From an uncultured Lentisphaerales bacterium (GTDB lineage: Bacteria; Verrucomicrobiota; Lentisphaeria; JABSQK01; UBA12247), in contig CALSSJ010000010.1 in the NCBI GenBank assembly GCA_943788985.1, forward strand, positions 32,001 to 96,000: 64,000 nt of DNA. The letters are read 5' to 3'. Position 1 is the first letter of the stretch. Each line of letters starts with the position of its first letter. A program made the position numbers and the translations under genes. Under the pieces are notes generated by a model that was not told the origin of the DNA, ran no database searches, and worked only from the letters and a program-made list of their open reading frames with translations. Positions 53,372-63,998 of the stretch are shown here, one piece after another.

Positions 53372-54754
53372 ATGCCTGAAGAAAGTATTACAGCTTCAGA
53401 ATCCACTCGCTCTTATCATATCTGGACCATGGGGTGCCAGATGAATGAGGCGGACTCGCGACGCGTGGCGTCGGAGTTGGAACATCTGGGCTATCAGCCG
53501 AGCGATGCGCCGGAAGAGTCGGATCTGGTGATTCTCAATACCTGCGTGGTCAAACAGCAGGCAGAAGACCGAATCTATGGCCGGCTGGGGTCGCTCAAGA
53601 CAGCCAAGGAGCGGCGTCCAGATATGACGCTGGCGTTGATGGGCTGCTTCGTGGGCGTGAAGGAAGCGCCGCGGCTGCAAAAGACTTTTCCGTTTGTCGA
53701 TGTGTTCATGCCGCCCTCGGACTCCGGGCCGCTGCTGGACTATTTGCAGCAGACGAAGCTGTATGACGGAGCGTTGGAAGCGGAGGCGCAGGATCGCAAC
53801 TTGCGGGACTTGGTGCAGGACGCGGACTTGCTGCTGCCGATCGAGCAGCGCAAGGCCAATGCAATCTCGGCCCATGTTCCGATCGTGCTGGGTTGCTCGC
53901 ACGCATGCTCTTTCTGTATCATCCCGTATCGTCGGGGCCGCGAGCGCAGTCGCGAACGCCAAGACGTGCTACAGGAAGTGCGGCTGTTGGTCGACCAGGG
54001 CGTCAAAGAGATCACTCTGCTCGGGCAGATTGTGGATCGCTACGGCCTAGAGCTTGATGCGCCGACGACATTGGCGCGGTTGCTGCGAGATGTCCACGAG
54101 ATTGAGGGCCTGGAGCGGATTCGCTTTCTCACCAGCCACCCAAACTGGATGACCGATGAATTGCTCGACGCGGTGGCAGAGCTGCCACGCGCTATGCCGC
54201 ATCTGGAAGTGCCGATTCAGGCCGGGAATGACGAAGTGCTCGAAGGCATGCGTCGCGGCTATACGGTAGATGATTTTCGCCGATTGACGGACCGGATCCG
54301 CAGTCGGATTCCGGATGCGGCGATCAATACCGACATCATCGTCGGCTTTCCCGGAGAAACCGACGCGCAGTTCGAGGACACATGCAATGTCTGCCAAGAG
54401 ATTGGGTTCGACAAGATTCATCTCTCGAAGTACTCCGAGCGTCCCAAGACCGTCGCGGCGCGATTCCATCCTGACACAGTTAGTGAGAAGGACAAGACCC
54501 GGCGCTGGCATCAGCTGGACGGGATCCAACGGGAACTGCTTGCAGTCAAGCAACAGCAGACTGTGGGCGAGACCGTGGAGGTGTTGATCGACCGACACGC
54601 CAAGGGCCGACCTGGCGGGCGTACGCCACACAATAAGCTAGTTTATATCGATGCCGAGCCGCATGAATCACTGCTCGGCCAAACGCGTGCGGTGACCATT
54701 CATCACGCCACGCCCTACTCCATGATCGGTTCTTTGGCAGGAGCACACGCCTGA
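53372..54754 (+). CDS. miaB: tRNA methylthiotransferase MiaB
   Basis: TMGCQMN, NTC, GC, CSHACSFC, DIIVGFPGET, TRAM-like end. Confidence 0.93.
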   Translation: MPEESITASESTRSYHIWTMGCQMNEADSRRVASELEHLGYQPSDAPEESDLVILNTCVVKQQAEDRIYGRLGSLKTAKERRPDMTLALMGCFVGVKEAPRLQKTFPFVDVFMPPSDSGPLLDYLQQTKLYDGALEAEAQDRNLRDLVQDADLLLPIEQRKANAISAHVPIVLGCSHACSFCIIPYRRGRERSRERQDVLQEVRLLVDQGVKEITLLGQIVDRYGLELDAPTTLARLLRDVHEIEGLERIRFLTSHPNWMTDELLDAVAELPRAMPHLEVPIQAGNDEVLEGMRRGYTVDDFRRLTDRIRSRIPDAAINTDIIVGFPGETDAQFEDTCNVCQEIGFDKIHLSKYSERPKTVAARFHPDTVSEKDKTRRWHQLDGIQRELLAVKQQQTVGETVEVLIDRHAKGRPGGRTPHNKLVYIDAEPHESLLGQTRAVTIHHATPYSMIGSLAGAHA

Positions 54755-54758
54755 TTTT

Positions 54759-55587
54759 ATGTATACGTTTCTTGTAGCAATCGCCGCCGCAACTGCGGCA
54801 TACGCAATTGGTCACTCGATCGAGTGGGGGCCCACCTTTGCAGTTCTAACCTTTATTGGCGTGCTGATTTACTGTTTCCGCAAGTTCGGCAAGAAACTCC
54901 AGGCTGTGGTCGAAGAGGCGCAGCAGATTGTGTTGGGAGGGCGCGCCGAAGTTGAGAAGCTGATTCAGCGCGCGCAATCCAAGCCGATGGGCTCGCAGAA
55001 GATGTTGGAAGAGAAGGCCGAGAAGATGATCGCCGACTCGGTCCGCACGGCGCTCATTTCGCTTGACACCGCCGAGCCACTATTCAAGTGGGTCGCAATG
55101 GGCAAACGCCAGATTAGCACGGTCAAGATGCAGTGGCTCTATCAAATCAAGGCCTTTGACGAGGCGGACCCCTTGATGGCGAAGGCATTTGAAATGGATC
55201 CATTGGTGATCGCCATGAAGATGGGCCCGCGCCTACATGAAGGATGCGGACGCAGATCTGGAGCCGCTGTTCAAGCGTGGCACTCGCAAGTTCAAGGGGG
55301 ACAAGGGGCTGATCCTGTACTCTCTGATGGCCTGGGTAAACCTCAAGCGTAAGAACAATGAGCGGGCGCTGGAGATTCTGGTCCAAGCCAAGGAACGAAC
55401 GGAGAGTACCGTAATTCGGAAGAACTGGGAGCATGTGGTAAACAACAAAGTGCACATGTTCTCCAACGCCGGACTTGGCGATGCCTGGTATTCATTGCAT
55501 CTTGAGAAACCGCCGCGGCAGAAAGCCGGTAAGGGGCAGCTGAAAAGCCACCCCATGTACGGACGCGGCAAACGTCGATTTGTCTAG
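54759..55587 (+). pseudogene. Hypothetical membrane/TPR-like protein split by a +1 frameshift (possible sequencing error)
   Basis: Removing one G from atgggcc (~55222) fuses 54759.. with 55237..55587 (MKMARAYMKDAD). Confidence 0.7.
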
Positions 55588-55608
55588 CTAGACGGAAAGG
55601 GGGCCATT

Positions 55609-56637
55609 GTGCGCGTACTGGTCACTGGCATTATAGCCGGAATTGAGGATAAGAAGGCCATTCGTGAAGTGGTTGAGCTGGGCAAGGACGATGGTCTCGA
55701 TATCGCAACCTATGACCTGATTGATTCGCTGGAGAGCACCGGCGGCAAGAAGCTTCATCGGCTACTCGGCACGACAAACTACCTCTTTGAGGTGCTGCGC
55801 GAACGCGAGTACAGAAAGATGGGCTTCCAGATGGAGCGCGATAATGTCAAAGACGCGATCATCCGTGCGCCTGCGACCGTCGAATGGAAGCGGATCAATT
55901 TTAAGCTGAAGGACCATGAAGAGATCGCTGAGTTTATCCAGCCAGATGTGGTGGTCACGCTGATTGATGCGGAATGGCTGATTCAGGAACGCTTCAAGCA
56001 CCCCGAGGTGCAGACCGAGTTCTTCCAGATCATTCAGCAGCAGAACCACACGATCAATGAGATCCTAGGCTGGATGAACGAAGAAGTGAGCCTAAGTGAA
56101 GATTGGGCGCGGCATTTCGGCGTGCGCCACTACGTGATTCCGCTGGGTCAGGATCCGGAGAGTATTTACAAGCTCGTCAAATACGGGGATGTCCCCTCTT
56201 TCTACGTGTCCTACTCCATGACGCACTCCGAACCCGCCGAGCGCGAAGAGATCAACGCGGTGATCAATCGCTTGACCAAATATGGCCTGGTGATCGATCC
56301 ACAGGCGATCGAGATTGGCTTTAATTTCGAGAATGCCAAGGATAAACAGGCGACCTTCAGCCACACGGTGCACCGTGACCTGCATTGGTTTGTCGGGAAA
56401 GTGGACGCGGTGGTCGCGATTCATCCCTATGCCAAACGACCGCCAATGTCGACCGGAATGATGGATGAGCTTGGCCATGCCCGAGACTATCTTAAGAAGC
56501 GGTACATGATCTATCCGCCCAATCATCTCAGCCCATTCACGACCGACAGCTATATCGAGCCTGGGCACGTGTTTGCCGACCCCGAGGAATTCTTCCTCTG
56601 CTTGGAAAGTGAAGGGTACCGCCCTCTCGGCGAATAG
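55609..56637 (+). CDS. Putative nucleotide-kinase-like plus nucleoside deoxyribosyltransferase-like fusion
   Basis: RVLVTG, PDVVVTLID, W..EE; then YVSYSMT..RD..VDAVV..STG..EL..SPF. Confidence 0.55.
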   Translation: MRVLVTGIIAGIEDKKAIREVVELGKDDGLDIATYDLIDSLESTGGKKLHRLLGTTNYLFEVLREREYRKMGFQMERDNVKDAIIRAPATVEWKRINFKLKDHEEIAEFIQPDVVVTLIDAEWLIQERFKHPEVQTEFFQIIQQQNHTINEILGWMNEEVSLSEDWARHFGVRHYVIPLGQDPESIYKLVKYGDVPSFYVSYSMTHSEPAEREEINAVINRLTKYGLVIDPQAIEIGFNFENAKDKQATFSHTVHRDLHWFVGKVDAVVAIHPYAKRPPMSTGMMDELGHARDYLKKRYMIYPPNHLSPFTTDSYIEPGHVFADPEEFFLCLESEGYRPLGE

Positions 56638-56643
56638 CACCCG

Positions 56644-57815
56644 ATGAAGAGCACAAGACCCACGGTGCTCGTCCTCGCACTCGAACGCCTCGATCGAGAC
56701 ATCCGCATCCAGAAGCAGATCCGGACTCTCCAGCGAGGGATTCGACGTCACGCTCGCGGCCTTGAGCCGCGCGCCAGGGCTCTGGCTACGACTTCGTCCA
56801 GCTTGAACAGCGCAAGTGGAGTGGCTGCATTTTTTGGGTATCTGCTAAAATTCAAGCCACTGGCTACGCTCCTTTCTCCCACCTTCGCATGCGGCTGGCG
56901 TTTTACGTATCGAGTATCGCGAAATTGGACAGGCAAGACCTGATCGTATGCAACAACGTTGAATCGCTTCCGATTGGACTCTACCTGAAGCGAAAATGGG
57001 GCTGCCGATTACTTGCCGATTTGCATGAGTACGCAGCGGCAGGGCATCGCCATGCAGCGAAGCGAGATCGAGCCATCCGGCTGTGCCGCGACTGCTTTCC
57101 GCATATTGACCAAGCGCTGACGGTCAGTCATGGACTGGAAAAATTATATAAAGACGATTTTTCCTTAGACTGCAAGGTCGTCCCCAATGTGCCCTATCGT
57201 CACCCAGGGCCACACTCGCCATGCTGCGTGGATCGACCGCCATTTCGAATGGTCTGTCACGGAATCTGCGCAGCCGGTCGAGGTCTATTGGAGCTTCTGG
57301 AGCTGGCAGCCCTCTTGGAGAACTCGTGGTCCTTAACGCTCATGCTGGTGCCACCTGAGAGCAATCGCGGGTCCACAACCTACGACCTTATCGTGGGGCG
57401 GGCCGCAGCCCTGAAAAATGTGGAAATTCGACCACCCGTCCCAGCGGATCAGGTCGTCTCAGAGATTTCGAAGTATGACGCAGGCGTTTACCTGATGCCT
57501 GGCGATTCGCTGAACAAGATCCATGCGATGCCCAATAAATTCTACGATTTCATTCAGGCCGGCCTTGCGGTATTTGTGGGCCCTGACCTGCTTGAGATGG
57601 CAGAATTTGTGACCTCTAAGAACTGTGGATTCGTCTGCGAGGCGCACAGCCCCGCTAGCATGGCTAGCTTGCTAGCTTCAATCGACTCCGAGCGTCTTCT
57701 TGAACTCAAGGAAGGATCTCGAGCTGCGGCGGCGCAGTGGTGCCACGAAGTCCACGAAGACAGATTGCTCGACTACGCGCTGACTCTCTGCAGACCTGAG
57801 AGTTCTGCGGGCTAA
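56644..57815 (+). pseudogene. Capsule-type GT-B glycosyltransferase with frameshifts in the 5' part
   Basis: DIRIQKQ, GFDVTLA in another frame, then ADLHEY..GRGL..MPNKFYDFIQAGL. Confidence 0.7.
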
Positions 57816-57855
57816 ATCAGCCTCCCCAATCAAAGGTACCGAGTCACAATGCGGG

Positions 57856-58959
57856 TCAGAGCTCGCGACAAATGCCTTGGTGGAGCAGGAGCTTTTGGGC
57901 GGGGATCGCAATATGCGTGTGGCTGAGTTCGAGCAGGCCGTGGTCGACCAAGGCTGAGGCGCTGTCGGGCAGCAGCTCGGCGACTGTGAAGCCGGTGCGC
58001 TGGTGAAAGGCATCGCGCTCCCAGCCTCCGACTAGGCGCAGGCCGGTGCAGAGAATCTCGTGGGCTCGGTCGCGCGTTGAGATGGTATCTGCCTCGGGGT
58101 GCTCAGCGGCTAACCAGCGGGCGAGGTCGGGGAGATTGCGCCAACGAGTCTCCCCGTCGAACCAACAGGCACTGGGGCCAGCGCCAGCGAAGCTGCCGCC
58201 ACGCCAGATGTCGACGTTGTGGCGACACTCCGCGCCGGGAAGGGCGAGGTTGGAGATCTCGTAGAGCTGGAGGTCGATGGCGGCCAAGGCTTCGACGCCG
58301 TGCGTCCAGAAGTCGGCCATGCGGTCATCGTCTGCCGCCTCTGCGCCGCGATCAGCAAGCGGCGTGAAGGGCTCGATCGAGAGCGCGTACATGGAGACGT
58401 GGTCGGGTGCGAACTCCGCAACTGCAGCAACGTCGGCAGCCCATTCGGCTAGGGTTTGGTCCTGGGCGCCGTAGATGAGGTCGCAATTCATGTGTGCGAA
58501 GTTCGCACTGCGAATGCGCTCGACTGCTTTGCGGACGAGCTTGGCTGCGCCGGGTCGCCCGAGGGCCTTGCGGGTGCGGTCGTTGAGGCTCTCGACACCA
58601 AGGGAGATGCGGTTGACGCCGTGGTCCTGCATGATCTTGAGGCGGTCGGGCGTGAGCGAGAGGGGGTTGCCCTCCATGGTGAATTCGCAGTCGGCGGCGA
58701 GGGTGAAGTGGGTGTGAATCTGGCGCAGGAAGCGCTGGAGTTCGCTGACGGTGAGGTGGGTGGGGGTGCCACCACCGACAAAGATAGCGTCGAGCGGCAC
58801 TGCCTGCGGGGCGAACTCCGCAAATTCGGCGTCCACGCGCTGGAGGTAGCGCTCGCGCTGGATGTCGCTGCCACCAGCCAGGGTGTAGAAGGCGCAGTAG
58901 TCGCAGCGCACGGCGCAGAAGGGGACGTGGACGTAGAGGGAGGCGAAGGGCTGGGTCAC
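57856..58959 (-). CDS. hemW: Radical SAM heme chaperone HemW
   Basis: LYVHVPFCAVRCDYCAF, GGGTPT, RISLGV, YEISN. Confidence 0.92.
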   Translation of the reverse strand: MTQPFASLYVHVPFCAVRCDYCAFYTLAGGSDIQRERYLQRVDAEFAEFAPQAVPLDAIFVGGGTPTHLTVSELQRFLRQIHTHFTLAADCEFTMEGNPLSLTPDRLKIMQDHGVNRISLGVESLNDRTRKALGRPGAAKLVRKAVERIRSANFAHMNCDLIYGAQDQTLAEWAADVAAVAEFAPDHVSMYALSIEPFTPLADRGAEAADDDRMADFWTHGVEALAAIDLQLYEISNLALPGAECRHNVDIWRGGSFAGAGPSACWFDGETRWRNLPDLARWLAAEHPEADTISTRDRAHEILCTGLRLVGGWERDAFHQRTGFTVAELLPDSASALVDHGLLELSHTHIAIPAQKLLLHQGICREL

Positions 58960-59690
58960 AGGGCGGCTCGGATGGTGGCGAGGTCGATGTGCTGGCGGAT
59001 GGCGGCACGCACTGCAGTGGGGCTGAGATCGCTCAGCTCGGGCAGGTAGCCGAGGATGGGGCACTGGGTGAGGGCCTGGACGTAGAGCGGGTTGCTGGCC
59101 TCTGGCTGTGTGCGTTGCGAACTCCGCAAAAGCTGGTCCATGGTGCGAGCCGGGGGAAGGGGCCCGGTGTAGCGGTTGAAGATGATGCCAGCGACGGTGA
59201 GGCCGAGCTGCCGGGCACAGCGGACGGTCATGACGGTGTGGTTGATGGCGCCCAGACCGGCTGGGGCGATGATGAGCAGGGGCAGCTGGAGGGCGGTTGC
59301 GAGGTCCGCAACTGTGGTGTCATGGGCGATGGGGGCGAAGAGGCCGCCAGCGCCTTCGACGAGGAGTCGCTGATAGGGCAGGGCGTCGCGGCCGGCGAGC
59401 AGGGCGGGCAGGGTGAGTTCGCGCCCCTCGAGCCGCGCCGCGAGGTCGGGGGTGACGGCGTGCGGCAGGCTGTGCGGGCAAATTGCGGACTCCGCGTCCG
59501 GAACACCGGAGAGGGCCTTGAGTCTGGCACTGTCGGCGTCTGGCTGGCCACAAAGCGCACCAGATTGCACGGGCTTCCAGATGCCAAGATCCAGACCGTC
59601 TTCACGCAGGCAGCCGACTATGCCACCGGTAAGGATGGTCTTTCCGACTTCGGTGTCGGTGGCGGTAATGAACAGCCCTGGTTGGGGCAT
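58956..59690 (-). CDS. bioD: Dethiobiotin synthase
   Basis: TATDTEVGKT, WKPVQSG, VEGAGG, LGAINHT. Confidence 0.95.
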   Translation of the reverse strand: MPQPGLFITATDTEVGKTILTGGIVGCLREDGLDLGIWKPVQSGALCGQPDADSARLKALSGVPDAESAICPHSLPHAVTPDLAARLEGRELTLPALLAGRDALPYQRLLVEGAGGLFAPIAHDTTVADLATALQLPLLIIAPAGLGAINHTVMTVRCARQLGLTVAGIIFNRYTGPLPPARTMDQLLRSSQRTQPEASNPLYVQALTQCPILGYLPELSDLSPTAVRAAIRQHIDLATIRAAL

Positions 59691-59700
59691 GGCGTATCTG

Positions 59701-60444
59701 CTACTGCATGACCATGCCGCCATCGACGGTCAGGGTTTGACCGGTGATGTAGGAGGCGGCAGGTGAGACGAGAAAGGAGACGGCAGCAGCGATGTCTTCG
59801 GGACTGCCAGGACGGGCCAGCGGGATGTGGGTGAGGAAGGCCTCGCGCTGTTCGTCGGTGAGTTCGTCGGTCATCTCGGTGGCGATGTAGCCGGGGGCCA
59901 CGGTGTTCACGGTGATGTTCCGCGCAGCAAGCTCCTTGGCAGCAGCCTTGCCGAGGCCGATGAGACCAGCCTTGGAGGCGGAGTAGTTCGCCTGGCCAGC
60001 ATTGCCGGTGAGGCCGACGATAGAGGAAATGTTGACGATGCGACCGCTGCGGGCTTTCATCATGGGCCGGCTGACTGCTTTGATACAGTTGAAGGCACCG
60101 CGCAGATTGATGTTCATGACGGTGTCCCAGTCGTCCTGCTTGAGACGCACGAGCAGGTTGTCGCGGGTGACGCCGGCATTGTTCACGAGGATGTCGATGC
60201 GGCCGTGGCTCTTGCTGATCTGCTTGACCATAGCGTCGATTTCTGCGGACTCCGCAACGTTGGCAAGATGACTCTCGATGGTGAGGCCGTCGACAGCAAG
60301 CTCGTCGATGGCCGCTTGGGCTGGTTCGGGTCGAACGCTGACGATGATGACGCGGGCGCCCTGGGCTGCGAGCGAGCGTGCGATTCCTTTGCCGATACCG
60401 CGGGAACCGCCGGTAACGATTGCGACTTGATCTGTGAGGTCCAT
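59701..60444 (-). CDS. fabG: 3-oxoacyl-ACP reductase
   Basis: TGGSRGIG, NNAG, GQANYSASK. Confidence 0.96.
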   Translation of the reverse strand: MDLTDQVAIVTGGSRGIGKGIARSLAAQGARVIIVSVRPEPAQAAIDELAVDGLTIESHLANVAESAEIDAMVKQISKSHGRIDILVNNAGVTRDNLLVRLKQDDWDTVMNINLRGAFNCIKAVSRPMMKARSGRIVNISSIVGLTGNAGQANYSASKAGLIGLGKAAAKELAARNITVNTVAPGYIATEMTDELTDEQREAFLTHIPLARPGSPEDIAAAVSFLVSPAASYITGQTLTVDGGMVMQ

Positions 60445-60459
60445 GGTGAGACTCCTAAA

Positions 60460-61449
60460 TTACCATTGAATGAGGCTGGCGCCCCAGGTGAGGCCAGCTC
60501 CGAACGCGACCAGCAGGAGATAGTCGTCTTGTTTTACGAGGTCGTTGCGCACCAGTTCATCGAGGGCGATAGGAATGGTAGCCGCTGAGGTGTTGCCATA
60601 CTTTGGCAGGTTGATGTAGGCCCGGTCTTCGGGGAGCCGCAGGCGCTTGGCCACGCTGTTGATGATACGGACGTTAGCCTGATGGGGCACGAGCCAGCGG
60701 ACCTGGTCGATGTCGATGGGGCTGTGGGCAAGGGCCTCGAGTGCGGCGCTGGCCATGGTGTTGACGGCAAGCTTGAAGACTTCCTGGCCGGACATGGCGA
60801 GGTAGTGCAGCTTCTGGTCGATGACTTCCTGGCAGATCGGGTAGGCAGAGCCGCCTGCGGGGATATGCAGGATGTCAGTATGGGCACCGTCGCTTCCCAT
60901 CTTGGAGCTAAGGTAGTGGTTCTGGTCTGGCGCACAGGCTTGAAGAACTGCAGCTCCGGCTCCGTCACCGAAGAGGACGCAGGTGCTGCGGTCATCCCAG
61001 TTCATGATGGAGGATAGCTTCTCGGCACCAATGATCAGGGCATTACGCACCATACCGGAACGAATCAGGGCGGCGCCGATGTCCAGGATGTAGAGAAAGC
61101 CCGAACAGGCTGCTTCTACGGAGAAGCAGGTGGCATTTACGGCACCGATGCGCTGCTGGACGAAGCAGGCGGTGTTGGGAAAGATTTTATCCGGGGTGAT
61201 CGTGGCTACGATGATGAGCTCTACTTCTTCGGGAGTCATGCCCGCGGCATCAAGCGCGCGCTCGGCGGCAGCGGCGCCGAGAGCGCTGGTGGGCTCATCG
61301 TCTGCCGCGAAGTGACGTTGCTCGATGCCTGTTCGGGTCCGAATCCAGTCATCGGTGGTGTCGACGATGGTTTCGAGCTCTTTATTGGTTACGACTCGCT
61401 CGGGGAGATAGGAGCCGGTGCCGGTGATGCGCACGCCGATTGCTTCCAT
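60460..61449 (-). CDS. fabH: Beta-ketoacyl-ACP synthase III
   Basis: AACSGF, FGDGAGA, PHQAN, GNTSAA. Confidence 0.96.
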   Translation of the reverse strand: MEAIGVRITGTGSYLPERVVTNKELETIVDTTDDWIRTRTGIEQRHFAADDEPTSALGAAAAERALDAAGMTPEEVELIIVATITPDKIFPNTACFVQQRIGAVNATCFSVEAACSGFLYILDIGAALIRSGMVRNALIIGAEKLSSIMNWDDRSTCVLFGDGAGAAVLQACAPDQNHYLSSKMGSDGAHTDILHIPAGGSAYPICQEVIDQKLHYLAMSGQEVFKLAVNTMASAALEALAHSPIDIDQVRWLVPHQANVRIINSVAKRLRLPEDRAYINLPKYGNTSAATIPIALDELVRNDLVKQDDYLLLVAFGAGLTWGASLIQW

Positions 61450-61471
61450 GGCTAAATGTCCTGGGTTTTAT

Positions 61472-62497
61472 TCATGCGTCAGTAAGTGTTGTCCAGTCGA
61501 TCAGGCTGCTGCGGTCACCGATCAATTGGTTGAATCCGGAGTTGACCATATCCGTTGAGATACGGATAGCATTGCATATGGCCCGCGGGGAGGAGGAGCC
61601 ATGGGCAATGATGCAGATGCCATTGGTTCCCATCAGGGGAGCGCCACCGTACTCTTCATGGTCGAGAATTTCTTTGAGCTCGACAAAGGCGTTCTTGGAC
61701 AGCCAAGCGCCGGCTTTGCGAATGGTGGTCTTGTTGAGGCTCATTTTGAGCGAGCCGATCAGGCTTTTGGCCATGCCTTCGCAGGTTTTGAGTACGATGT
61801 TGCCGACGAAGCCATCGCAAACGACGACGTCAGCCTTGTCGAAAAAGAGGTCACTGCCTTCGATGTTGCCGACGAAATTGATCGGCATGCTCGCCAGCAT
61901 TTTGCGGGTGGCCCTGGCAAGCTCGTTGCCCTTGTCGTCTTCCTCGCCAATGTTCAGTAGGCCAATGCGGGGAGACTTGATTCCTAGGACGACCTTGGTG
62001 TAGGTCTCGCCGAGGATTGCGTATTGGGCAAGATGGATGGGTTTGCATTCGACGTTGGCACCGATGTCGAGGACGGTGAAGAAGCCTTCGGGCCCGGGAA
62101 AGACGCTGGCAATAGCGGGGCGCTCGATGCCAGCAGCCATACGGGTATGAACGACCATGCTGGCGACGGCAGCACCTGTGTTGCCAGCGCTGACAACTCC
62201 GTCAGCCAAGCCATCCTTGACCAGTCTAGCAGCTACGGCGATGGATGAATCTTTCTTCTTGCGCAGCGCGATCGTGGGGCTCTCACACATATCGACGACG
62301 GAATCAGAATGAACAATCTCGAGCTTCTCGTGATCGGGTGAGAGACCGCAGGCCTTAAGCGAGGCGACCAGAAGGTCGGTCTGGCCCACGAGCAGGTAGC
62401 GATCTACCGCGTAGCCAGACTCGAGAGCAAGCTTCACACCAGCAATGTTATTCTCTGGGGCGAAATCACCGCCCATGACATCAAGGGCTATTCTCAC
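61472..62497 (-). CDS. plsX: Phosphate acyltransferase PlsX
   Basis: IALDVMGGD, SAGNTGA, LDIGAN, CDGFVGN, HGSS. Confidence 0.96.
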   Translation of the reverse strand: MRIALDVMGGDFAPENNIAGVKLALESGYAVDRYLLVGQTDLLVASLKACGLSPDHEKLEIVHSDSVVDMCESPTIALRKKKDSSIAVAARLVKDGLADGVVSAGNTGAAVASMVVHTRMAAGIERPAIASVFPGPEGFFTVLDIGANVECKPIHLAQYAILGETYTKVVLGIKSPRIGLLNIGEEDDKGNELARATRKMLASMPINFVGNIEGSDLFFDKADVVVCDGFVGNIVLKTCEGMAKSLIGSLKMSLNKTTIRKAGAWLSKNAFVELKEILDHEEYGGAPLMGTNGICIIAHGSSSPRAICNAIRISTDMVNSGFNQLIGDRSSLIDWTTLTDA

Positions 62498-62976
62498 AGG
62501 TCTAACCCATCCAGGCCGGACCAAGCGCCGGCAGTGTCGACGATTGGAATACAGTCGCATGCTTTCTGATTCAGATTCACACCACAGGTGCCGCAGAGGC
62601 CCTTGCAGTCGTTGTCACAGAGGCTCTTCGACGGAAAGGCGATGAGCAGGTCTTCGCGCAGTTGCTCGAGCAGGTCTAGCTCTTCCTCGAGCTCCCGGAT
62701 AAAATGCGAGACGTCGGCCGCGACTTCTGTGGGGACGGCGCCTAGACAACGGTCGCAGGTTCCACAAAAGCGCACCTGAGCGGTGCCCTGGACCAAGGCG
62801 CCTTCGCTGAGGAGTGCACAGCGGAGATCATAGCTGACGGGCTCCAGGTCACGAATCATCTCGTCTTGACTGAGCTCGAGAATGCTGGGGGCGAGGAGGC
62901 CACGAAAGGTCTCACCGTCTTCGGTGAGGCGACTGACGGTAATGCGGAGCGTTTTAGAGAGAATTGGGGTGGTCAT
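62494..62976 (-). CDS. yceD: YceD/DUF177 protein
   Basis: CDRCL, LC..DCKGLC..CG.NLN..CDC, W..L. Confidence 0.9.
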   Translation of the reverse strand: MTTPILSKTLRITVSRLTEDGETFRGLLAPSILELSQDEMIRDLEPVSYDLRCALLSEGALVQGTAQVRFCGTCDRCLGAVPTEVAADVSHFIRELEEELDLLEQLREDLLIAFPSKSLCDNDCKGLCGTCGVNLNQKACDCIPIVDTAGAWSGLDGLDL

Positions 62977-63998
62977 GATGGACCTCCCAATGCTTCGCGC
63001 AGGGCGAGTATGGCATAGGACGTGACTAGCTCGGGAAGGGCCTCGAAGTAGCGACCGTTCTCGTTGAGCCAGGAGCCGTCCTCGCGCTGGAGGCTGATGA
63101 TCTGCGTCACGAGCTCCTGCCGCCAGAGGCGGTCTCCCTGCGGGGTCTGAATGGTGTCTGAGCCATAGGCATTGAGGGCCTTGGCCATGGTGAGGTAATA
63201 ATAAAAGAGGCCAGCGTCTCCTTTGGCAGGTTCTTCAAGAACTGTGTAGTGGTGCTGAATGTAGCGCATGGCGCCCCTGACGCGGGGGTCGTTGCGATCG
63301 AGCTTGGCGTAAACCATGGCCTTGAGGCCGGCGTAGGTCATGGCGCCGGTGCTCACGAGCTTGGCGCTCGGGCTGTAGGCCAGTCCACCGTCCGCCTCTG
63401 GATTATCTGCAGTGGGCATCGATTGGACTTGGCCAAGAAACTCCGTGAGTGTGCTCCATATCTCGGCAGTCTCCTTGGACGCGGCGCCGGGTGTGTCGCC
63501 AAATGGCTCGGCATCGAGATACGCGGTCTTGTGTAACGCTTCAGTTGCCCAGTTCGTATTCGACAAATCAGCGCGCTTGCCCCGGTCGTAGCCGAAGCCG
63601 CCTGCCATCGTTCCGGCCTCGCTGATCTGCATGCTTTTGAGATAGGTGCGCGCGGCTTTCATCGTCTCGCGATACCCCTCTGGGTCATCCGCGTCCATCG
63701 CCAGCAAGGCAATGGAGGTGGTGTAGACCGGATAGCCGGACATCTTAATCACCTTGAGGATACGCACGGGAGATTGGACAGAGCCGTCTTCCCGGGCAAA
63801 GCCGGTCACAAACGTCATGGCAGCCTCGACGGCAGCCTGACTGGTCGCGGTGTCCGCGCTTGCGACACCGGTCATGGCCAACGCTGCGAGCGCTGAGATT
63901 GCCGGCTGTTTCTTCTTACCCCAGCTTCCGTCCGCGTTGACGGTAGTCGCCAGATAGGAGACACCTTCACGGATTGCGGCGTCGGCATCCTTGTGCCA
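62973..63998 (-). CDS. Prenyltransferase/squalene-cyclase-repeat protein (cut by window end)
   Basis: DGSW, GGFGY, ADLSNT, GAMTYAGL, YYY, QREDGSW; frame open to the window edge. Confidence 0.85.
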   Translation of the reverse strand, partial: WHKDADAAIREGVSYLATTVNADGSWGKKKQPAISALAALAMTGVASADTATSQAAVEAAMTFVTGFAREDGSVQSPVRILKVIKMSGYPVYTTSIALLAMDADDPEGYRETMKAARTYLKSMQISEAGTMAGGFGYDRGKRADLSNTNWATEALHKTAYLDAEPFGDTPGAASKETAEIWSTLTEFLGQVQSMPTADNPEADGGLAYSPSAKLVSTGAMTYAGLKAMVYAKLDRNDPRVRGAMRYIQHHYTVLEEPAKGDAGLFYYYLTMAKALNAYGSDTIQTPQGDRLWRQELVTQIISLQREDGSWLNENGRYFEALPELVTSYAILALREALGGPS

